A stretch of 64,000 nucleotides of DNA from Hydrolagus colliei (taxonomy: Eukaryota). The translations under genes and the position numbers were made by a program. Below are positions 1 through 11,621 of this stretch, piece by piece (the stretch's first letter is position 1; the number at the start of each line of letters is the position of its first letter). The DNA lies in contig CM068757.1 in the NCBI GenBank assembly GCA_035084275.1, positions 6,572,001 through 6,636,000 of the forward strand. Direction: 5' to 3'. A model generated the notes under the pieces. The model searched no databases, was not told the origin of the DNA, and saw only the letters and a program-made list of their open reading frames with translations.

Positions 1-207
1 TTCAACAATCCTGCAAAGGCTAATCTCTGAATTCAGATTTTCATCTCCTTTGGGCCCCAAACTACACAAATTGCTTAAGGGATTAGTGCAAATCCCTTCA
101 GCAGTCAGGTTTCTCACTTGCTTTTGCTCCATGCGGTAATGTACACCAACAAACCAGAAATATATGATTTGTAGTTTTTTTTAATATATATACTATATAT
201 ATATATA

Positions 208-690
208 CATAAAGGCCCGTTTTTCCGTGACTCGATCATCTGGAACTTCTGTATAACCGGTACGTCAAAAAAAAGTCCCCATCGATCAACCGGATGTTAT
301 CCGGTACAATCGCAGTGGCGCATTTCATGAATTGATTGTCGCACGAGAGTACTGTACAGGTATTTCGGTTTGCCGCCAGTAGAGCCTTAAAGTCGCGCTG
401 CCGTTTTTTTCCCTCGCGTGGCGTCCGCCATTGCAGAAGTTATCGATAGACTGTACACCTCTACCCCAGCATCATGGCTTCAAACCAGGCATTTACCAGC
501 AAAGGCGATTTTTAGGTGAATGTTTAGGTGAATAACAAAGGTCTGTTATTATTTAGTCTATTATTAATATGGTATGTGTTAAAATAAGTTAAATGTTTTG
601 GTGTTGGGTTTTTGGCGTCGGATCCGACCGAACATCCGGCATGCCATTTAACCAGCATTGGTCAGGTGCTGGATAAACTGGCTTTTACGG
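208..690. mobile_element. Non-autonomous Tc1/mariner-superfamily (pogo/Tigger-like) DNA transposon (MITE)
   Basis: Imperfect TIRs: 5' (TA)CAT-AAAGGCCCGTTTTTCC vs reverse complement of 3' end (TA)CCGTAAAAGCCAGTTTATCC. TA on both sides (206-207, 691-692); inserted in a (TA)n run. CpG-rich relative to flanks, with repeated subterminal AACCGG/ATCCGG motifs. Confidence 0.75.
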
Positions 691-750
691 TATAATATAG
701 CTTTGTAAGAAATCTCAAATCAATTTTGCTATTTTTACCATAGAGACATA

Positions 751-817
751 AACAACAACAACAAAATTACATTTATAGAGCGTCTTTCCCGTCGGGAGGA
801 CGTCCCGACATGAAAGG
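751..817 (-). mobile_element. L2-type 3' end, (TTG)n-tail family, with fold-back inversion
   Basis: AACAACAACAACAAAATTACATTTATAGAGCGTCTTTCCCGTCGGGAGGACGTCCC matches ~15 other copies in the window; possible TSD CATAAA (747-752, 818-823). Confidence 0.75.
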
Positions 818-1053
818 CATAAAGTCTATGCACTTCTGACAAATATGCAACAGAATCTCTTGCACCACTACAAACTTTATACACTGGTCTCTGTTCTTCT
901 GGAACTAGGAGAGCAATCTTATGCATCACTGATACTAAAGATCTCAACTTAGCATCCAAGCAGGGAAGCAAAGGGAAAAATTCAGAATACATTTTCTGTC
1001 GCCACCTACTGCGGGTTTGCCATTGTTTAGGAATGGGATGCTCTCTGCCCATG

Positions 1054-1111
1054 CAACAACAACAACAAATTACTTTTGGTAGCGCCTTTCACGTCAGGGA
1101 GACATCCCAAG
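1054..1111 (-). mobile_element. L2-type 3' end fragment, (TTG)n tail
   Basis: (CAA)n + AGCGCCTTTCACGTCAGGGAGACATCCCAAG. Confidence 0.7.
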
Positions 1112-1397
1112 TCCTGATACCTCCTCCATCACAGCCACTGGAAATGATGCTGCTGGGAGGAGTCAACAGGGGGTGCATATTTGCTGGATGGTACGTTCTT
1201 CTCTCATCATCGCCCCTTCCTTTCCCTCCTCCCCAAATCTATGATAGGATCAGAAATTGTGACCCATGGTAATTCTATTGGCTGTTGTTGAAGCCACCAA
1301 CTGGGTGCATCTATTTGAGCGTTACTTTCCTGCAACACTATGCTGCTCCCCTCCAACACTTCTCAACTTCATGGTCTGAAACCTTAGCCAACAAGCT

Positions 1398-1428
1398 AGA
1401 GAGGGAGAGAGAGAGATAGAGAGAGAGA
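1398..1428. repeat. (GA)n microsatellite
   Basis: Directly visible, imperfect. Confidence 0.9.
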
Positions 1429-2488
1429 ACTAAGTATTGGATTGTAAATTGAGACTGTTTGGAATCCAACTGAAGTCGCTGGACCCAGCTAATGAACACA
1501 GCTTTCCAACCATGCTTATTCTCATCAAACGTTGTCTATCAATCACAGCGCATGCCTTAAAGCTTGAGATCATATCTGTGATCCAGATTGAGCGTGTGTA
1601 GAGGGTGCCCTGAAGGCAATCATTCTCAGGTTGGGATTCAGGAACACTGTTGACACAAATCGACAGCAAAGGATTCAACTATTCCATAACATATCCACAG
1701 GGTAGTTTGATCCCTAATTGAAAAAGTGAAGACACTTCCAAGTTTTGCTATCCAAGCAGTTAACAAGCCCCGGAACACTAAGTATAAATGAATAAAATCA
1801 TTAACTCGGTTTGTGTCCATGAAAGCCTGTAAGACTTGTAAGTTAACAAAGCCACAACAAATAAGGTCATTTTTAATGCAGCGCATTAGCTGTATGAAAA
1901 ATAATATTTAGAGTTCACTTTTCAGATTTTCTGACATTGGAATTCTCTGTAATCCAAATTCCACCTATTTCAGTGGCTCATAAAGGCAATCTAATAGTGA
2001 AATGTGATTGTTATCCATGCAATTACAAACCTGCACACAGGCACGTGGATGGCTGGAAGTCATCAGGGCAGTAAGTCTTTATAAAACAGTAATTAACAAT
2101 AGGGTGATTAGTCTTTACACAAGGATTATTTAATGCCTTGAATTTCATCTTCATCTTATTGTGATGTGACTTGATCTTTAAAAAGCTCTCAGATTTCATT
2201 ATTAAAGGGGCATTTAACTTCTTCAAAACCGTTTGACAAATCTGTCTAACAAGTCTATGCTCTATTTACTGTTTACTTTGTACAAGCATGAAATTAAAAC
2301 ATCTTTTAATTCGTATCTTCGTTTTATTTTGTATTGATGTTATTTCACCTGGCTGAAATGCTCAAGGTACTGCATTTGGCATTTGAAGATCTGATTTATT
2401 CGGTGGGAATCCTATTGGCAAATTGTTGTCATTGCTTGGGGTTGGCCAAGAGCTTAAAGTGTCACACATCGTCCACATGAAGTTCTAA

Positions 2489-2627
2489 AACAAGAATAGA
2501 AGTCGCTGGGAAAACTCAGCAGGTCAGGCAGCATCTACGGAGGCAGGAAGGAAAGTGAGTCAACATTTCCGAGCGACTTCTGTTTTTGTTTCAGATTTCT
2601 AGCATCTGCAGTATTTAGCATTTTGCC
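2489..2627. mobile_element. Penelope-like element pLTR fragment with internal inversion and 13-bp TSD
   Basis: 2495-2570 is the reverse complement of the repeat at 47905-47980 (GCTGGGAAAACTCAGCAGGTCAGGCAGCATC). Internal inverted repeat AACAAGAATAGAAGTCGCT / AGCGACTTCTGTTTTTGTT. Flanked by perfect CATGAAGTTCTAA (2476-2488, 2628-2640). Confidence 0.7.
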
Positions 2628-2811
2628 CATGAAGTTCTAACCAGATGACAGTCAACTTCAGTTTTCTCAACCGAATTTTAAAATGTTTAATAAAACACCT
2701 CCCCCCCACCCCCACCCCCCTCCATACAAAGCGCTTTACGAACTTGTTTCCACCTCTGGTCCATCCGTGATCCTCCTGTGGCTTTTCAAAAAAACAATGT
2801 TCTCGGAATAT

Positions 2812-3080
2812 GGTAGAGTCACTGGTAAAGTCAACAATTATTGTCCGCCCCTGGTTGCTCTCATTGAATGGCTTCCTGGGCCATGTCAAAGAGAGCTAAG
2901 AGTCAACCATGTAGCACTGAGACTAGTGTCGCATATAAACCAGCCAGAGTGAAGATGTCAGATTTTCTTTCCCTGACGAACATTAATGAACTAGTTGAGT
3001 TTTTACAACGGTTTGGCAACTTTGCGGTCATGTTTCTGGCACGGGCTCAAAATAATCAATTTTTAGGGAATTCAAAGTAT
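2812..3080 (-). mobile_element. Ancient SINE, MER131-like (common in sharks)
   Basis: GGCCATGTCAAAGAGAGCTAAGAGTCAACCA...CAGATTTTCTTTCCCTGACGAACATTAATGAACTAGTTGAGTTTTTACAAC resembles the recalled consensus GGCCATTTCAGAGGGCAGTTAAGAGTCAACCA...CAGATTTCCTTCCCTAAAGGACATTAGTGAACCAGATGGGTTTTTAC. The family name is from memory. Confidence 0.6.
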
Positions 3081-4454
3081 GCGATGTTCACCCTTCTCCA
3101 ATGTTGGGCAGCTGGAGAATGCCGATTATTAGCTATTCACCGCTAAAAAGGGAAAAGATTGACTTCTTGTCTAAAAGAAACTTTCTGGGTGACAAATGGA
3201 CTCCTGTCTACAAACAGATCTGATCACGCTCAACGACCCAGATGGAAATTTGTCGCCAAACAAAAATCACTTGGGCGTGAATCTGAATTTGCAGTATTAC
3301 AGCAGCTGAAGCAGTTTGTGTATGCAAGGTGCCATTCACTATATTTACATTTGAATACACCGGTATTGATGTTTCTATTATTTTTAAATGTTCACAGTAA
3401 TGTATCGATTCGACCATGCCAAAATTCAGCAATTTACAACTGCATAGCACAGCAGCTGGAGAAAACATGTCAAAGCGCGTTACTAAACAGAACCAAGTGA
3501 ACATAATAGCAGGCTCCCAGTACAGTTAGATTATTTGCTTGTGAGTGTACAAGCTGCCCATTCCTTCACCATCAGAGCTTTAGTGGGTTGTTCCATTAGG
3601 CCCCCTGCAGCAGCTCAGTAACGGCAAAACAAAGGGAATCAAAGTAACAATTACACACATGCAAATTAATTAATTTCTCGCACCACCAATAGACCAAAGC
3701 ACTGACTGTGCATTCCCGTGCCACAATACACTACCTGAGCAGATTTTGCAAATGAATTTCAAATGCAATTCAACCACCATTATTCGCAACATTTGACTTG
3801 CACTTAATTTAAGGGAACAAGATGCGTTACTTCTAACCTGTAAAGGAGCATTCTAGTCTTTCTCTGCCAAAACAACATCAAAAATAATTCAACATGGTAA
3901 TTTCTAATTCTCAGGCTCCCGAGGACATAATTACGGTATACAACAAAAAGGCAGGGACACAGATAGCCACGTTAGTCTAATTCAGCAATAAGTGGCAAGT
4001 TCATGATTTTGGGGCCATTTTCGAACCTGTTGAAAGTCATGCCAGGTCTGAAAGAGCATCCTTCGGGAGCTCTGTCATCAAATGATTGGGCGCAAAGGCA
4101 TCCTGCAAGCTGCTTACCGTCACGATGCTCATTAAAATAACTGTTTCAAAGCAGACTTCTTATCATGTACAGGCAGTAGTTTCAGCAAATCCACCCCCCC
4201 AAAAAAGAGGCAACAAAGAAAGGAGGAATGTCGTTTTTTATCTTAAAGTTCCCTTGTGCTACACTGGAATTGGTGCTCAGCAGGCACATGCACCCTGGCC
4301 TTTGTCCTATTGTGAACATGTCACACTTTAAATAACATTGTTGCACGCTTAGGGATGCACAAAAAATAAAGTCAGAGATTTCTTGTTCCCACTTTGCTAT
4401 TTAACTGGTCTCTCACCACCCAAGTGTTTTCTAAACCTTTGCTTCATATATTAT

Positions 4455-4556
4455 AAATATACAGTCAATTCACTTTGCAGTATATTCTGTAAAGTGCTTT
4501 GAGACGTCTCAAAGATACTATAAGGCGCTATATTAAATGCAAGGAATATTGTTATT
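4455..4556 (+). mobile_element. 3' fragment of the dominant SINE (L2-type TAT tail)
   Basis: TACAGTCAATTCACTTT.CAGTATATTCTGT.AAG.GCTTTGAGACGTC...AAATGCAAGG.ATATT shared with full copies. Confidence 0.85.
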
Positions 4557-5010
4557 CTGCAGGAAGCAGTGACCCCCTTTATTAAAAAAAAGGAGTATCT
4601 CATTTGTTTGACAATGATGGTGTTCATCTTTGAAGTTATTATAAATCTCCGTTGCCTCCCTTGATATATTTCCTTGTTAAGTTATCCTATTAATCCAAAG
4701 TACGGCTTTTCATACTCTCTCTGAAATCCTAAAGAATGCCTGATCTTCCCGGTTAATTGCTGGCAGGATAGCTGGATAGAATAATTCTTTTGAGCTACAA
4801 CCAGTTTGGTTTTAATCAAGCTGCACTTGGGAAAGGGAAGCCGTGTTTTTTTTCTTAAGTCTCTTTACTTTAAATATGTTGGTTCTCTCATTACAACCAG
4901 GATTTCCGTGAGATTTATCTCTTCTCGAGCGACTGCAGTTAAAGCAGATTATTTTTTGATAGTTACACAACTACACAGTTGAGTCACAATCAAGAAGCTT
5001 GTATCTCGAT

Positions 5011-5362
5011 GGCAGCCTAGCTCAGATGGTAGCACTCTCTCACGTCTGAGTCAATGGAGTGCTGGGAGGGTGTTCTGCATTGCTGGAGTTGCCGTCTTTC
5101 GAAGAGGTCCTGGCCACTTGCTCAGCTGGATGTTAAAGATCCAATGGCACCATTTCAAAGAGAAGCGAGTTTGTCCCAATGTCCTGACCGACAAATCCCC
5201 CAAATAAAATAGGTCATTCACCGCACGGCTGTTTTTTGCTGGGTCTAAATTGGCAGTCGCAATCACTCAAAAGTCACTACATTTTACAGTACATCTTGTG
5301 AAACGCTTTGAACCGTCCTTCCAGTGTAAAAGCTGCCATATAAACTGTAAGGATTATTATTT
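5011..5362 (+). mobile_element. Older tRNA-headed DeuSINE-like element
   Basis: A-box TAGCTCAGATGGTAGCAC; Deu-domain-like GGATGTTAAAGATCCAATGGCACCATTTCAAAGAG...TGTCCTGACC; same L2 tail ending AAGGATTATTAT. Confidence 0.7.
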
Positions 5363-5539
5363 TTTAGGTGAGAGACTGTTCACGTTGGGGGAGGAATCCT
5401 TCAAATCCACTGTGTTGTAGCAATTTCAAAAAGATGACCAGCAAATGAAGAAAATGAGCTCCCATTTATCCCAGAGTTTGGTAACTTGTAGTTACTTGTA
5501 AACCTCTCATAATAACTGAATTCATTTCTACCGGGAAAG

Positions 5540-5650
5540 AATAATAATCCTCGCATTTGATGTAGTACTTTATCATGTCATTGATATATCTCAAAGCGCT
5601 TCACAGAATATCCTGTACAGTGAGTTGACCATATATTTTGTGAGCAAAAC
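5540..5650 (-). mobile_element. SINE 3' fragment
   Basis: AATAATAATCCTCGCATTTGA...CTCAAAGCGCTTCACAGAATAT. Confidence 0.85.
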
Positions 5651-6732
5651 GGATCGGATTTGAGGACCAGGAAATTTGAGGGGAAAAAGCCACGCACACC
5701 CACATTATCACTGTGAACATCCCTTTTTACATCTATTTCCCTGCGGGGTAAACTATTGCCTAATTTGGTCTGCTCCTTTAATTGGTGCTGGCGTTCAGTT
5801 CATTTGGCATCCTTATTAAGAAAGAAAGACACGTGAGATGGAGCAGCGGAGAGAAAAAAAACTCTGTCCCAAGTTCTCTGGCTGCAGATTCAATTCAACC
5901 TGCAGTCATGCACTGTACAAGCCTGAGTTATCAGGTGACAAAATGGTAAGAGGCCCACCAACACTGAACTAATAACCCTGGTATTTTATCCCGGAGGAAG
6001 GAAATTATCTCACTCTTACCTATCAAGCACACCATCTATTTGCAGCTACAATAGTCTGCAAACTTGATGTGTCAGTGGAGAGTCTCTGTTACACTCTTAC
6101 TGCAGCCAAGGCTAGAGTTGCAGGATGTCTGAAACAGTGAGAGGAGACTTGAGAGGAGGCTTGTGCCTGAGATCTCAGTGTGGAAGACAAAAGGCGTTAT
6201 TGGTAAGAGAGGTGCTGCTTTAATGAGGTTTACACGCTTCTGCTGGGTGCTATGGTCTTCTACAGATGTGCTGAAATAAACGTGTAAATCAGTGTCTATT
6301 TTTAAACTGTTTAGTTGGTAATGCGATGGTTTGCTATTGGCTATGTCCTACACAGAAACTGGGTGCTCTTAAGCACACTCTGAGTTCCAGCGGAGTGCAA
6401 CCTCCAGCCTCCATGATGAGCTTTCAACTTCTCATCAGTCCCAAAGTATGGCAATGTGGAGGTATGAAGAGGAGGTCTGACTGATCGCAGACTCTCTCTC
6501 ATTCTCCTGGCAAACAGTTCAACTTACCTCTTGACTCTTCACACCCTCTTGACATTTATCAAATAGCGTTCCCAAGGACTCAAACAATATCATATGTTAC
6601 ACCTCATCAGTCCCCCACTTTAGTTCCTCTGAGGAACAGTGTGTCCGGGGACAAGCTAACTGCCTTCGTCTAATTCTACTTGCGGCTTTTCCAATTGAAA
6701 TGCATCTCTGTGTATCATGTACAACCACTGCA

Positions 6733-6772
6733 ATTAGCATTTATATAGCGCCTTTCTCGTTGGAGGGACATT
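6733..6772 (-). mobile_element. L2 3' end fragment
   Basis: GCATTTATATAGCGCCTTTCTCGTTGGAGGGAC. Confidence 0.6.
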
Positions 6773-7384
6773 TTGTATGGTTGACCAACTTCGCCAGTCC
6801 ACACAAGACTTGAACTGCGGCTCAACAGAAAGTCTTGTGTGACAGAGTTTGACAGCGCTGTGCGGAGACAATCGAGAATCGTCTCCCCTCCCATTCCGCT
6901 TCTCATTTCGATCCATTTGAACAGAGAGTTTGGAAGAATATCACAACGGAACACTGCATTTTTAAAAACAATAAGTAGACTGGTCTCACTATACAATCCA
7001 CATTCACTAACCGAAGAGCATCACAACATCCTAACTACCTGACTCCGGCTGCGGAGGCAGAGCATGGCACTGTATAATAGTGCTGCAGTGTGTGGCATTG
7101 AATGCCTGGCATTGCTGTTCCGCACTGATGTCAAACAGCCTTCACATTGATGTGACAAATTGCATCGGTGGCAAGACTGTCAAAAGTGAGGTGCTGTTGA
7201 GGTAGAGTCATTATAACCAGCTGATTGCAAGGATTTTTTTCCCCTTTCATCAGCTGGGTGTCTGACACAGGCAGAAATCCATCACCGTGCATTAAAGTCT
7301 CCAAACCAAGCTATCGGGATATCCTACATATGTTAGAAAGCAGATTGCGGGGCATAATACCATCACGTGTGAGGCTCAGATGAA

Positions 7385-7940
7385 GAAGACCCTTCAAGCC
7401 CATCTGATCTCATCCTTTCAGAACATCCACCCACCCGCCTGTCCTCCCATCACAGCATCAAACCACATTAAAAAAAATAAATGAGTGTTGTGTTATTGCC
7501 TTAAGAGCCGTTCCTGGTACAGTATCCTGTTTCAGTCTATTACTTCCTGGTATCTGTCCTGAAATTGCCTTTCGCAATCCTAAACTTATGTCCTTCCGAT
7601 CTGCTGTCTCAGTGCTTCTGAAAGCAGTGTTCTGCATTTTCTTTTCCAATTCCATTTAGAAGTTTTACACATCTTTATAAGATATCATCCGAAACACCTC
7701 TTCTCAAGACTGAAGAGCCCTACCTTGTCTAATGATTGCTCATAGCTCATTCTTCCAACACAGGAAATCATCTTTGTTGCTCTCCTCTGTGTTGATTCTG
7801 GGGCGCTGTGTCACGGCAACCAGAATTGTCTGCAGTTCTCTCACTGTGACCAGAACAGAGCATGATATAACTTGAGTACAACATCTGGGTATTTGAACCC
7901 AACTTATTTGACAATATAGTCCAGCATTCTGTTGCCATAC
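7385..7940 (-). mobile_element. Decayed CR1 LINE (ORF2 C-terminal region and 3' UTR)
   Basis: Minus strand resembles the CR1 'ANRMLGYI...VLKLYHAL' region, frameshifted; the GAAGACCCTTCAAGCCCATC 3' UTR motif sits at the left end. Confidence 0.6.
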
Positions 7941-9023
7941 TCATGGCTGCCTCACGGTTTTGACGTGCTTGAGTGGTGGGTGAGGCAACCAATACCCTTC
8001 GATCTCTTTCAGCTTTCCCCCTTGGGAACTTCTACGCTTCCATAGATGCGTACATTAAACTTATTGTTATTTGAATACTCCAAGAAATTCCCACCTTCAA
8101 CCTCAACCCCTAGCGTTTCTGAGTGAACACAAACAAGACTGCATTCCCCAAACACATCACTCCGGGCATTGACAACACAACTGGGAGGTAAAGATTCCAC
8201 GATACAGAAGGAGCTCAGCAGGAGTAGTGTCCTGTATCATTGGAAGGTCTTGACAGTAGCACGTGTCAAGCTTTCTGTTCAGTCGGTGCAGCTGTACAAA
8301 AGCACACACCGTGAACATGAAGGAAACACATCAGTCTGAGAAATGAGCACCACTGAGCACTTCACACTGCCCACCTACAAAGTGCCCACTCGAGTTCTAA
8401 TGACTCCACTAAATATAGAACAATTTGCTGCATCCATCTGCCACCTTGGTGACCACACACATCGTCCCTGCAGCAGGGATTTTGGTTACATTCTGTTACC
8501 CGTTATTACACGTCTGTCACTTTTACATTCTACAAGTTTTGCAGAATTAACTCTTGCCATTTCCAAATCCATCACCCTCTCCCCCTCCCCTTCCACCCCC
8601 ATCGACCTGGTCGTAAAATAGCAGCACTTTTATTATAGGAGCGGGAAATCCCAGATAAGAATGTGGAAAGTGGTTTAGAAAAGGTGAGAAAAGGGGGAGG
8701 GGGGGTGGGGGGGAGGGGAGAAACAAACTAATTATAAACAAATAGCTTCGGATTTTGACATTTTATACAAAAAGTATTGTAATCGGCAAATACAATGAGA
8801 ATCCAAGGCTCCAAAGTTGATTTAAGCTCTCAGTTCAAACAGTGTAAACTCATACAGCAAGAATATACGAGAGGTTTTTTGAAATTGAGAATTACCACAC
8901 GTAAAATCCTCAGAAAAGCTAAGACACATATCTTCCATTTAGTGCACAAATAAGAATTCCAATTTCTTTTGGTGGGGGCAGGGGCAGTGGGGTGCGTTCC
9001 TCCTCCCCTACCTGTCTAACAGC

Positions 9024-9089
9024 AATTTTCCCATTCTTTCCTGAAGGAACTGATTCATGCTGGTGTGTGGAACCACAAATTGACCAACC
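9024..9089 (-). mobile_element. LF-SINE-like 3' fragment
   Basis: TTTTCCCATTCTTTCCTGAAGGAACTGATTCATGCTGGTGTGTGGAACCAC resembles the reverse complement of the recalled LF-SINE 3' end. Confidence 0.55.
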
Positions 9090-9183
9090 ATAATAATAAT
9101 AATCCTTGCAGTTGATAGTACCTTATCACGTCTTTGAGATACTCAAAACGCTTCACAGAATATACAGCAAAGTGAATTGCTGT
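9090..9183 (-). mobile_element. SINE 3' fragment
   Basis: (TAA)n CCTTGCA...CTCAAAACGCTTCACAGAATATAC. Confidence 0.85.
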
Positions 9184-10387
9184 CTTCAGTAGAAAATATC
9201 TGTGAAAAGCTTCACAGACCAAAATTTCTAAATGTTAATATTTTACAGTTTATCTTTAAATGTTAATGCTTACAGTACAGTACAGCAACCCTCTCCCAAA
9301 ATGTACCCAGAAAATACTTTCATAAGTCTATCTGATTCAGGTTTCTTTTAAACACCATGGGAGGGCTGCCTAAACCACCCAATGATCTTGTCCCATCATC
9401 AAGAAAAGCAAGAGCTTCATCCACTGCAAGATGTTTTAGGTTCATTTTATACTGCAGACCTAGTTTGTGAATGTCCAAGTTAACATGCTGAGTCTCTCAG
9501 CTGTACAGCATCTGTTTGGCCTTGGCTAAACACAACGGGCACAAAGGGACACTTTAACAGCTATGTTATACTCAACCTGCAAAAAAAAAAGCAAAGTTAC
9601 AGGCCTATGATATGAAATCTGCCCCAGGAAAAACTTTCTCTGCATGCCTCCCATTTCCTAATCAGAACAAAAAAAGTATAGCATAAGAGACAGAAAATTA
9701 ATTTCAATCAATTTGATGGTACACATTGCTGGAAAAAAAAACAGGGTTTGGGACAGCTGGTGGTTTACTGTCGAGAATATCAACTGAGGCTTACCTACAC
9801 TCACTACAAATACCTGAGTCTAAATGCTTTTAGGAGCGCTATATTTGTACCACTTGAGCATATTCTGAGCAACGTGCTCAGCAGATACTAGGCATGACAG
9901 TCTTGCATCTGCCTTACAATGGTATTTTAGGACAAGTTTTTCAACTTTTTATGCCCAATCAACTTGACCCGAGTTCCTTGACATCCTTTTCTCCTCAACA
10001 ATAAAACAATGTGCTTGTTTGTTTCAGTGGCTGAGAGAATTCAGTGAGGTGAAACCAGGCAAGCTAAGAGGCCCAGATTCGACCTGAAACAGCAAGTCTC
10101 AGCACCTGAACTCTGCAGCAGGGAAACGGTGCAATCAATCAGGTGACCAACCGAAAACCCATTCAATGGTAAAAGTAGTATAGCTTTGTACTGTCAAAAT
10201 AGTTGCCAAATCATTAAAAGTGTACAACGATATGGGATAGTAACATACAGAATTTCTTTAAAATACCTTTAATTGTAAATGTCCTAAATGTTGGGATTAT
10301 TATTATTATTATAATGTTACAATGCTGGACTCCGCTAAATCATCACACAAAACAAAAAAAACATCTTGGCCTTGCCTCCTTATGGTA

Positions 10388-10815
10388 ATCCTCTTCTGAA
10401 CACAAGTAAATCATGCTGGGGTACAGGTCCACACATGCCAACAATGGTTCATGGACCTTTGAGAACTCAAGCTTGGAAAATGAGTAATGAATGCCTGTTA
10501 CTGTACTGTATATGGATGGGGATGGTGGGTGGTGGGGGGAGGGGAGAATTATAATCGAGAGCAATCCTGCCTTCACTCAATGCCCACAGACCTTGCAACA
10601 AATGGAGAGTTACTAAATCTGATCAAGAACTCTAGTTAATTTTTTTTTCCACTTCCAAACTCGTGGTCGTGATATGATCACCCCCCACCAGCCCATCACT
10701 ATCCCAACTATGATCACCTATCTCATCTCAGCGTAGACCAGAGTTGGAACCGACCCCGCCTCGTCGGAACTGCTCAGAATCACGCCAGCTAATGCGTTGA
10801 TCAATTAAGCCATCA
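10388..10815 (-). mobile_element. Near full-length LF-SINE-like element (old)
   Basis: Colinear blocks TCATGCTGGGGTACAGGTCCAC, AATCCTGCCTTCACTCAATGCCCACA, TGATCAAGAACTCTAGTTAATTTTTTTTCC, CTCAGCGTAGACCAGAGTTGGAACC and AATTAAGCCATC. Confidence 0.6.
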
Positions 10816-11244
10816 ACATGATGTTTGGCTTGTTAGAAAACCATGGTTACACTATAGAGAAGACTTATTGCTATTTTTCTTTTATGACTGCTCAGCACCA
10901 TATCTCACCCTCCAGCAAGGAGAGGTGGGGTAGGGGGGTGGGGAGGGGGGGGTGGGTGTTGGTGAGGGAGCAACGTGAGCTCCAGATTCTTCTACAGCTG
11001 CCATCAGAACTATTACGTGAGCATCTTGAAGGATCCGCAGCTCATGAAACACTGAGCTGGAGGCCAAAGTTTCATCTTTCTGCTGCCTCCACATGACATT
11101 CCATTGCAACATCCAGACAAGAGACTGAATAAAATCCAACCAAGGCCTATGCCCTTTGGCATTAACCACCTGTTTCTTCTGAACAACTCTTATTTTAAGT
11201 AAATCCGAAATGCACATCAGTTCATTTCATTTCTAGTTATATAA

Positions 11245-11621
11245 TAAATAATAATCCTTGCATTTGATATAGCGCTTTTCACATCTTCTAGACATCTACA
11301 ACAACAACAGCAACAACAACAACTTTGATTCATATAGCGCCCTCCACGCCGGACGGCGTCTCAGAGCGCTTCACAGAATATACTGAAAGTGAATTGATTG
11401 TATATTTGTGGGTGAAACGCGGCAGCCAATTGCGCACAGTAGTGTCTCACAAACAGTCGTGGATTGAAATGATCAATTAATTATAGTTTTTTTGGGGGGA
11501 TGGATTATTATCAGGTGTGTGGAGTAAGGAAATTTGCCCAACCCAGCCCTGACCAGGCTGGATTCGAAACACAGGTCTCACGCTTGAACTAAGGCAAGTG
11601 CTCTAACCACTGAGCTACAGG
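11245..11621 (-). mobile_element. Full-length dominant SINE interrupted in its tail by a (TTG)n-type L2 end (11298-~11370)
   Basis: tRNA head (reverse: CCTGTAGCTCAGTGGTTAGAGCAC...GTGTTTCGAATCC), body and TAT tail; a second tail type is inserted in the stem-loop. Confidence 0.9.

Noticed and set aside
8574-8720. C-rich / G-rich inverted repeat
   Set aside because: Complementarity is due to low complexity only.
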